Part shown: positions 34,922 to 41,951 of the stretch, one piece after another
Numbering within the stretch: the first letter of the stretch is position 1
How the letters are laid out: each line of letters begins with the position of its first letter
DNA from: Diploschistes diacapsis
Taxonomy: Eukaryota
Direction of reading: 5' to 3'
DNA length: 41,951 nt
Assembly: GCA_023645945.1 (NCBI GenBank)
Contig: JALAIB010000044.1
Coordinates: forward strand, 1 to 41,951
The notes under the pieces: generated by a model
Told to the model about the DNA's origin: nothing
The model's input: only the letters and a program-made list of their open reading frames with translations
The model's database searches: none
Translations under genes and position numbers: made by a program

Positions 34922-35018
34922 GACTAGGTGGCCGAGTGGTTAAGGCGACAGACTTGAATTTCCTTTGTTCAGGCATCTGTTATCTTCGGATGCGTAGGTT
35001 CAAATCCTGCTCTAGTCG
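34922..35018 (+). tRNA. tRNA-Ser(UGA) with 16-nt intron 34959..34974
   Basis: Acceptor stem GACTAGG/TCTAGTC with G discriminator; D arm/A-box TGGCCGAGTGGTTAAGGC; anticodon stem ACAGA/TCTGT with CT-TGA-A loop; long variable arm TATC-TTCG-GATG; T arm GTAGG-TTCAAAT-CCTGC. The intron contains TTCA, complementary to the anticodon loop. Confidence 0.96.
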
Positions 35019-35021
35019 ATA

Positions 35022-35026
35022 TTTTT
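35022..35026 (+). terminator. RNA polymerase III terminator (T5)
   Basis: Oligo-T run starting 4 nt after the tRNA 3' end. Confidence 0.75.
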
Positions 35027-35199
35027 GGCTAGCCTTCTTTTCTTTCATTTCATCTGTATATTTTTGGATCGTACTTGTCAGCTAGCTAGCTGTCTTTAAA
35101 GATACTCACCACGCCTGTAAGTGGAAGTTGGAACTAGCTTGAGTATATAGGCAGGCAGCGAATTACAGCATGAATGCTTGGCTGACTTGGGGGACTTGC

Positions 35200-35230
35200 T
35201 CACGTGACTACGCGTATATATACTACGCGT
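35200..35230. promoter_or_regulatory. Cluster of TCACGTGA (bHLH/Cbf1-type E-box) and two ACGCGT (MCB) motifs
   Basis: TCACGTGA at 35200-35207, ACGCGT at 35210-35215 and 35225-35230, within a duplicated ACTACGCGTAT, ~450 bp upstream of the MYND gene. Confidence 0.35.
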
Positions 35231-35677
35231 ATGCGCGACCCCACTCGTGCAAGATTTTCGCTGCTGTATCTAGTAGCTAAGAGCATCGAGCAGACTGATT
35301 AAAGCTTTCTACAGGCCCAGGATAAACCACTGAATAATCGCTCTGCAGATTCTGCATCGGACGTTCGACACTTTCGACGACAGAGGTGGGGAGTTGCTGA
35401 TTGCCCCCTCTTTTATATCCGTGTTCATTGGAGGACTAACAGTCTTTTACCTGCAGTCTACACGCCTTCTCCTTCTGAAGATTCTCGAGAGTTGTTGATT
35501 GTGCATCTAGGGCCCTAACCCTGAGAGCTGAAAGCAGGATCTCCTTATCCGTTATAACCTCGGCTTTTACACATCGTCCTTGAGCTCACAATTAACAACC
35601 GGGCAGAATCTTCACCAAGAGACCCCCCTCACCTGCTCTTCATCAACGCCTCACGTCGAGCAAAGACCTGACCTACA

Positions 35678-36451
35678 ATGAATGGCCAACAGCAGCCTGG
35701 AGCTTCCTCGACCCTGAGGAAATGCTCCCTGGAGTCATGCACCAATCGTGGTACGCTCATGTGTACTCGTTGTAAAACCACGTACTACTGCTCGCGCGAC
35801 TGTCAGAAAAGAGATTGGCGCTCGGGCCACAAGTCTGCTTGTGTGCAAGAGGTCGAATCAGCGAGCCATAGATCCATGGACCCGTCGGCCAATTGCTTCA
35901 TCATCCGTGCGAATGGCCGGAACCCCGTGGCTGCCGATATATCCAGCCAGATTGCGCCTCTCGACCTCAAGTCCTACGGGAGAGGCGAAGCGTACGAAAA
36001 GAAGGAGTTGTGCCAACGGCTTGGGTGGCAACAAGTATGGTCGATGACCGAAGAAATCAACTTTTACGGGCACGAAGGTGAAGATGGTTGGTACTATTTC
36101 GCATACGGTCCCAACCAGGAGCAGATGCGGCTGCGGAGCTTGCAGGACAAGACCGACAATCTTCCCAAGGGACCTAAATGGAATGGTATCGCATCCATGC
36201 TGACGGATGGGAAAAGAGACATATGGGGCGACGTGGCAGTGGTCAGGAGTGGACCAGCTAGCCCATCGAACAAGTACGAAGAGGTGTTCAATGGGAAGGA
36301 TCTAGAGGCGACGCTCAACTGGTATCTGAAAGGCCGGAAAGTCGGGAAGATATACGATGAGAGGGAGAAGAGTAGAGCTATGCGGATGTATTTCGGCAAT
36401 GGGTCGGCCATGAACATGAATGGTGCTCAATACATGAACTTTAAGTTCTAG
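35678..36451 (+). CDS. MYND-type zinc finger protein with uncharacterised C-terminal domain
   Basis: CSLESC...CTRCKTTYYCSRDCQKRDWRSGHKSAC MYND signature; intact 257-aa ORF with ACAATG start context. Confidence 0.9.
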   Translation: MNGQQQPGASSTLRKCSLESCTNRGTLMCTRCKTTYYCSRDCQKRDWRSGHKSACVQEVESASHRSMDPSANCFIIRANGRNPVAADISSQIAPLDLKSYGRGEAYEKKELCQRLGWQQVWSMTEEINFYGHEGEDGWYYFAYGPNQEQMRLRSLQDKTDNLPKGPKWNGIASMLTDGKRDIWGDVAVVRSGPASPSNKYEEVFNGKDLEATLNWYLKGRKVGKIYDEREKSRAMRMYFGNGSAMNMNGAQYMNFKF

Positions 36452-36814
36452 GAAGGCGCCGATGGTACTTAGCGACGCAAAAGGGCAGCAGAGCATTGGA
36501 AACCCCCAGTGGATATATTCTTGCTAATGATTGGAAATAACTCGAATATTGCTCTACTCAATTAATGCACGTCGTCCTTGTTGTCGGTTAGCAGCATCGG
36601 TACTTCCGTCTGCGCGACGCTCAGCCCTATCCGTCGCCATTAGGTGAGTCTAAGTCATCTCTGACAAACGCCCGCTTATGCAGGTAATGCTCATTGTGTA
36701 AGCTTTAGTCACTGATTGGGAGGAGTGAGTGTCTTTCAAACTATTGCTATAAAAGCATTGCTAGTCGCATTGAGAAGGTTCGAGTTTCTCGAGTTCAAGA
36801 ATATAAAATTGCTC

Positions 36815-37988
36815 ATGAATCTCTTCGTCTCTTCTTTCATTATCTATTTGGCAGCAATCTTCATCTACATCAACCCCCTGAACAACCTGGCTCTTAGCTC
36901 TCGGATAAGCTCTTTGTGGCAAACAAGCTCCTTCAAATTAGCGTTTAAGCCTGGTAGTACGAATTTGAGTTCCTCGTCTTTTGGCTTTCCATTTGCACAG
37001 TTGCACGTCCTATCGAATCAATCACGGAAAAATATGACGATTCCACGCAAGATCAACAAAGCCTTTCTGGCCATTGAGCAGTCGGAAGGTGCCGGTGCGC
37101 GAGTGCGACGATCGATAGGCACGCCAAAACTCCGCAACTTTTCGCCGTTTCTCATGCTTGATCACTTCACGATCCATCCTGGCGCTGGCTTCCCAGATCA
37201 TCCTCACCGGGGGCAAGAGACAATCACCTACCTGCTCAAGGGCGCTGTTGACCACGAAGACTTCGCAGGCAACGCGGGTACAATTTATGCAGGAGATCTG
37301 CAGTTCATGACTGCCGGTAGAGGAATCATGCACGCGGAGATGCCCAATCAAGGCTTCGAAGATAATGTCGGAATGCAGTTGTGGGTGGATTTGCCTGCGA
37401 GGCTCAAAGCCTGTGAACCACGTTACCGAGACTTGAAAGCGGCCGAGATCCCCACGGTCAACGTTGACGACGACCGAGTGAACATCAAGGTTATTAGTGG
37501 CCAAAGCCACGGAACGGACAGTGTGCAAGAATTAGCCTATACTCCGGTATGGCTTCTGGATATTGAGATCAAGCCAGGCGGAACCGTCACTCAGCAACTA
37601 CCACTCGGTTGGAACGCTTTCGCATACACTCTGGAAGGGACCGCAAACTTCGGCTTGGAGAAGGACAAGCAGACGGTGGGGAAGTTCCACAATGTTGTAT
37701 TCGAGAGGGAAGGAGACGAAGTGGTCGTAGAAGTGCCTGAAGACGCGAAGGAGAACGCAAGATTCAGTAAGCTGACACTTACACCCTTAGAAGTTGCCCA
37801 TGCTAACATGTGCTCTAGTCCTTGTTGCAGGGCTTCCTCTTGACCAGAAAGTCGTGCAATATGGGCCATTTGTTCTTAACTCGCAGGAGGACGTGTATCA
37901 GGCAATGAAGGACTACCAAACCCACTCCAACGGATTTGAGCGTGCGTCAGGCTGGGAGAGCCAGATTGGGAGGACGATGAGAGAGTAG
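36815..37988 (+). CDS. Pirin (bicupin); intron 37767..37818; alternative start ATG at 37034
   Basis: Motifs EQSEGAGARVRRSIG, SPFLMLDHF, GFPDHPHRGQETITY, LQFMTAGRGIMHAEMP, QLWVDLP and VVQYGPFVLN; intron GTAAGC...GCTAAC...CTAG. Confidence 0.95.
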
Positions 37989-38511
37989 ATCCTGCTTTCT
38001 ATTGCAACAATGGATAACAGAACTTCCTGGATATATTTGCGATAAACCTATCCTATGATTCAACGTTGTAGTCGAAGGCAATAAGCCAATCGGTTTCGTG
38101 GCTTTGAGGACCTCACGAGGGCGATCAGGTTCTTGGATCATACATTGATTTTTATCATGTAATGAATAGCTATCAACGCGATAAAGTTGAGATATGTCAG
38201 GCTGGCCGAATTCATCAAAGTAAAAGTGTGCGCTTCACCGGAGCGATAAGTGATCCAAGCTGCACGCAACCGAGAATATGCTAGAGGCTTAGGCCAGCAG
38301 AGGTTGCCCCGCAACAACCTAATGTAAACACATTTTCAAGCGAACCATCTAGTTCTACACCTTCACCTTCACCTCCAACTCTACGTGATATTTCTCGAAA
38401 CACTAATTTTGGATACATCTCTAGAGGCATTGCACGTGCAAAATGGTTTGAGCACTCGTTTTTGACCTTTCCGAATCATTTTCTTGCTCGGTACTACCAG
38501 CGCTCACTATT

Positions 38512-40965
38512 ATGGCCAGCGTGCCATCGCCAACGCCGATGCTTGGCGGCCGCGACGGAGTCCCTCGACCAACTCTATCAAGGATACCACCTGCGAGACC
38601 AAACCTGAAGCGCAACTCCCCCCTTCTAGGTTTACATAGACCTGGTGAAGGCTTACCCAAGTCGAGAGGCGAACAATCGATCAATGACAGCTCCGATGAC
38701 GAGAAATCCATTCCAAAACTAAGCGCGGAGGCCGAAGAACTGCTTGGTGTGAGAACAGGGGAAAGACCAATAGCGAAAGGGGCACTGTCGAACGTCTCGC
38801 AATGGCCGCGGCATAGCGAAGGAAGTCCGATCGGGAAGGGGGATCTCAAGGCATCTAGCAGTTTGGGCAGAGAGCGCACGGTTTCACCCATCACCCACAG
38901 ATCGGGCAGCCCACGCGTCGTCAAGCTCAACGGAGGAACCAGTGGATCGAATCGACTGCGACGTGCCATGTCTGCAGCATATGTCAATGATGGAAGTCCA
39001 TTGGGTAGTCGAGGCCTGCAAGACATGAAGACGCCGGCGCCAAGGCCCAAGAGTGTGATGGAGGAGTCTGCATCTGCTGGGACTGGTGGCGGTTCCTCGG
39101 CAAAGCCGTCATCGGGAGAGTCAGTACCTATGGGAGCTTCGACTATCTACAAAACGAAGGGGGAAGATCCTGGAATGCACAACTCGTTACGAGTGAAGCG
39201 GATCGGCAAAGTTGCCGGCTCCTTTCTGAGCGGACCTGCGCGACGGGGGATGATCCGACGGCAGAGCGAAGAAGACCAAGGGCCTTATGTTGCAAAGGAA
39301 GGGGAACAGGCAGCAGATGGCAACGCGGAACGCATGGAAAGGAAATACTATGGGGACGAGATGCAGCACCTACGGTCATCACCACTCAACGAGCAGGCCA
39401 GGGCATTGCAGCATGTACGGTTCGCCCACGGATCTGCATCAAATCTACATGATAACCATCAAGAGCCCAAGCGATCTCCATATGATTATGCCCAACTGCA
39501 CAATGCAGCAGCTGCAGGAACCACTGCTCGTACAAGCGCCTCGAGACGGGCAGTTGCAGCAGAGTCAGTAGAAAAGCAGTCACGTCCAGTCTACAAAGTT
39601 AGAGATCTACCAAACCTGCCATCGGCGTATGACCAAGAAAACGCCCCTCCGCCGACTTTCAAGAGAGACAAACCCGGCCTGGACGCGCTCGGTCAACTAG
39701 AGAAACCTCGACTTGGTTCAGCCGCTAGCAAAGCGCAAGTGAACTCATCGCCCTCAAGAAAACCGCTGGCACCAAGAAGCCATAACACGCCTCTCCGACC
39801 AGCGCCGCCTCCTCCAAAGATGACCGTCCTCGAAACGGCCACAGCCACGGCAGGAGCAGCATCAGCAGCCCAATCAAAGAAGAAAAGCCGCAATCTGATT
39901 TCCGTCAACGGCAAGCACTTCACACGAATGGAATGCATCGGCCGTGGCGGTAGCGGTCGCGTCTACCGGGTGATGGCGGAGAACTTCAAGCTCTTCGCCC
40001 TGAAATCCGTGTCTCTCGAAGACCTCGATGAGCTTACGATTAGGGGCTTCAAAGGCGAAATCGAGCTCCTTCGGAAACTCGTCGACGTCGACCGCGTCGT
40101 ACGGCTGTACGACTTCGAAATCAACGAAGAGAAGAAAGTTCTACGCGTGCTCATGGACATTGGCGAGCTCGACTTGAAAAAGGTGCTGGACCCCCGCCTC
40201 GACGAAGAGACCGGAAAGTTGGACATTACCTTCACCCGGTATATTTGGAAGGAGATGCTCGAGTGCGTGTCCGCCGTGCACGCCTTCAACATCGTACACT
40301 CGGACCTCAAGCCAAACAACTTCGTCATGATGCAAGGCCGGCTCAAGCTCATCGACTTCGGCATCGCGAACGCCATCCAGGACGACACCGTCAACGTGCA
40401 CCGAGAACAGCAGGTCGGCACCCCGAACTACATGTCCCCCGAGACCCTCGTCGACACCAACGTCGGCCGCAGGGCATCCGGTGGCGCCGCACCACAACAA
40501 CAACCCCACTCGAAGCTCATGAAGGTCGGCAAACCCTCCGACGTCTGGTCCCTAGGCTGCATCCTCTACCAGATCGTCTACGGCAAGCCGCCCTTCGGCC
40601 ACATCCCGAACAACGTGCGCAAGGTAATGGCCATCACGGATCCGAACCACAGCATCTCCTTCCCCACGACTGGGCTGGGCAAAGTTTCCGTACCCACGGG
40701 CCTGATAAGGACGCTCAAGAAGTGCCTGGACAGGGACGCCAGCAGGCGGCCGACGGTCGAGCAGCTTCTGGACGAGGGGGATCTGTTCCTACATCCGGAC
40801 GCGCCGGGGACGGTCCCGGTCAGCCAGGAGCTGATCGAGAGGCTGACGCAGAATATCGTCAATCACGTGCAGAAGCTGGGCGTGCCGCCGGAGGAGGAGC
40901 TGAAGATGTGGCCGGCGAGGTTCTTTGCGTCAATTAGGGCGGCGGTTGAGGAGGGCAGGGCATGA
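38512..40965 (+). CDS. MPS1: Mps1/TTK-family spindle-checkpoint protein kinase
   Basis: Kinase motifs IGRGGSGRVY, FALK, IVHSDLKPNNF, LKLIDFGIANAIQDDTVNVHREQQVGTPNYMSPE and SDVWSLGCILYQIVYGKPPF; fungal Mps1 N-terminal motifs FLSGPARRG and DQENAPPPTF. Confidence 0.95.
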   Translation: MASVPSPTPMLGGRDGVPRPTLSRIPPARPNLKRNSPLLGLHRPGEGLPKSRGEQSINDSSDDEKSIPKLSAEAEELLGVRTGERPIAKGALSNVSQWPRHSEGSPIGKGDLKASSSLGRERTVSPITHRSGSPRVVKLNGGTSGSNRLRRAMSAAYVNDGSPLGSRGLQDMKTPAPRPKSVMEESASAGTGGGSSAKPSSGESVPMGASTIYKTKGEDPGMHNSLRVKRIGKVAGSFLSGPARRGMIRRQSEEDQGPYVAKEGEQAADGNAERMERKYYGDEMQHLRSSPLNEQARALQHVRFAHGSASNLHDNHQEPKRSPYDYAQLHNAAAAGTTARTSASRRAVAAESVEKQSRPVYKVRDLPNLPSAYDQENAPPPTFKRDKPGLDALGQLEKPRLGSAASKAQVNSSPSRKPLAPRSHNTPLRPAPPPPKMTVLETATATAGAASAAQSKKKSRNLISVNGKHFTRMECIGRGGSGRVYRVMAENFKLFALKSVSLEDLDELTIRGFKGEIELLRKLVDVDRVVRLYDFEINEEKKVLRVLMDIGELDLKKVLDPRLDEETGKLDITFTRYIWKEMLECVSAVHAFNIVHSDLKPNNFVMMQGRLKLIDFGIANAIQDDTVNVHREQQVGTPNYMSPETLVDTNVGRRASGGAAPQQQPHSKLMKVGKPSDVWSLGCILYQIVYGKPPFGHIPNNVRKVMAITDPNHSISFPTTGLGKVSVPTGLIRTLKKCLDRDASRRPTVEQLLDEGDLFLHPDAPGTVPVSQELIERLTQNIVNHVQKLGVPPEEELKMWPARFFASIRAAVEEGRA

Positions 40966-41459
40966 GATGGGGGACTGTTGATGATTGGAAGGAGGTTAGG
41001 AAGGGGTGAGTCGGCACAGCGTTTGGTTGTTGGTTAGTTTGGAAGGTCCCGCGGAAAGAGGTTGGAAAGTTGGTGCGGTCTTCTTGGATAGTCTCACTTC
41101 AGCGTTCTTTGTTTTTTGTTTTCGGAAGCGACCACGACGAAGTCGTTTCAGCGATTCAAGCATTGGCGCTGGATTGGTTCAGATAGTTGGTTATCCCCCG
41201 TCGCTACGGTCTGTTTTTGAGCGAGTAAGATAGTGGTGCATCAAAGCGGTCTGGCTGCAAGAAGCCTCTTCTCGCTCTGGACAGATACCGATACTTGTAC
41301 ATAGTCTAAAAAGAAAAGCGCTATGCCTGGGGACACACACATTCCCTCCCACAGCCAGTGCTAAGTAAGAACCCCCCAAAGTGCTCCCCAATACCACATC
41401 AGCAAGCCACCTTGAGCCTCCGATGTCCCCACCTCTTCACTCCCCCTCCCTTTGTTTAT

Positions 41460-41951
41460 TCAGCCCATAACAGCCTCCTCCAAGCCCCTGGCCACCAACC
41501 CTTCCACCTCCTCCTCCGCCGGCCTCGCCATCGCCTCCCTCTCCAAATCCTCCACCCGCTTAACCCGCAGCTCGCTGACCACCAGCTCCGTGAACCTGTG
41601 CTTGCTCTTCACCTTCTTGACCCGGCGGTTGCGCCGCTTCGTCTTCTCCATCACCCGCATCGGCTCGCTCTCCACGCCCTTGACCACGGCCCGGCACTCG
41701 AACAGGCGCGGGTCCACGTACGGCGCCCCCGTCAGCGTGTAGTCGCGCGACCCGATGCTCGACGCGCTCGTCAGCCGCAGCACGTCGCCCGGCTGCACGC
41801 GCGCCATGCGGAACGGCAGCCGCACCGTGTCCCCGGCCGTGACCAGGTAGCCGCGCGAGTGGAGGTGCACGGTGGCGTAGTGCGGCGTTTGGGTGGAGAG
41901 GGAGGGGAGGAGGGAGAGGATGGAGCGCGGGATGGGCTCCGTGGGCGGAGT
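41460..41951 (-). CDS. MRPL49: Mitochondrial ribosomal protein bL21m (L21 family), 5' end outside the window
   Basis: HYATVHLHSRGYLVTAGDTVRLPFRM...GDVLRL..ASSIGSRDYTLTGAPYVD...KTKRRNRRVKKVKSKHRFTELVV; the frame stays open toward the window edge. Confidence 0.9.
   Translation of the reverse strand, partial: TPPTEPIPRSILSLLPSLSTQTPHYATVHLHSRGYLVTAGDTVRLPFRMARVQPGDVLRLTSASSIGSRDYTLTGAPYVDPRLFECRAVVKGVESEPMRVMEKTKRRNRRVKKVKSKHRFTELVVSELRVKRVEDLEREAMARPAEEEVEGLVARGLEEAVMG

Noticed and set aside
16462..35018. Functional link between TRM5 and the tRNA-Ser gene
   Set aside because: They are 17 kb apart and this tRNA has A37, not the G37 that Trm5 methylates.
35508..35524. TAGGG/CCCTAACCCT telomere-like sequence
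   Set aside because: Fewer than two full units; expected by chance.
38324..38330. Forkhead-type GTAAACA upstream of MPS1
   Set aside because: Plausible for a mitotic gene, but a single 7-mer cannot be distinguished from chance.
40245..40937. 230-aa alternative-frame ORF inside MPS1
   Set aside because: By-product of high GC3 in the kinase domain; Arg/Pro/Gly-rich with no motif.

Overview
Gene-dense genomic DNA of a filamentous ascomycete (Pezizomycotina-type short spliceosomal introns, mostly 46-60 nt, with CTAAC/CTGAC branch points). Conserved genes are VPS10/PEP1, a PXB-PX-domain protein (yeast YPR097W-like), TRM5, an LtrA-family membrane protein, TspO/MBR, an Old Yellow Enzyme-family oxidoreductase, an intron-containing tRNA-Ser(UGA), a MYND zinc-finger protein, pirin, MPS1 kinase and the 3' part of mitochondrial ribosomal protein bL21m. 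Between them lie orphan genes (a very basic repeat protein, a Pro-rich protein with 14-aa tandem repeats, a small secreted protein) and several decayed genes that the ORF track fragments or misses. The most notable is a dead head-to-head pair at 29.2-32.1 kb: an ACS-family MFS permease relic and an intron-bearing, frameshifted gene resembling bacterial 4,5-dihydroxyphthalate decarboxylase / substrate-binding proteins. It may be a lost aromatic-acid uptake and catabolism module. There are also two F-box-like relics (8.7-11 kb), a divergent basic/acidic ORF pair (6.7-7.9 kb) and a possible HNH-nuclease relic. All family calls come from reading motifs by eye; no searches were run.
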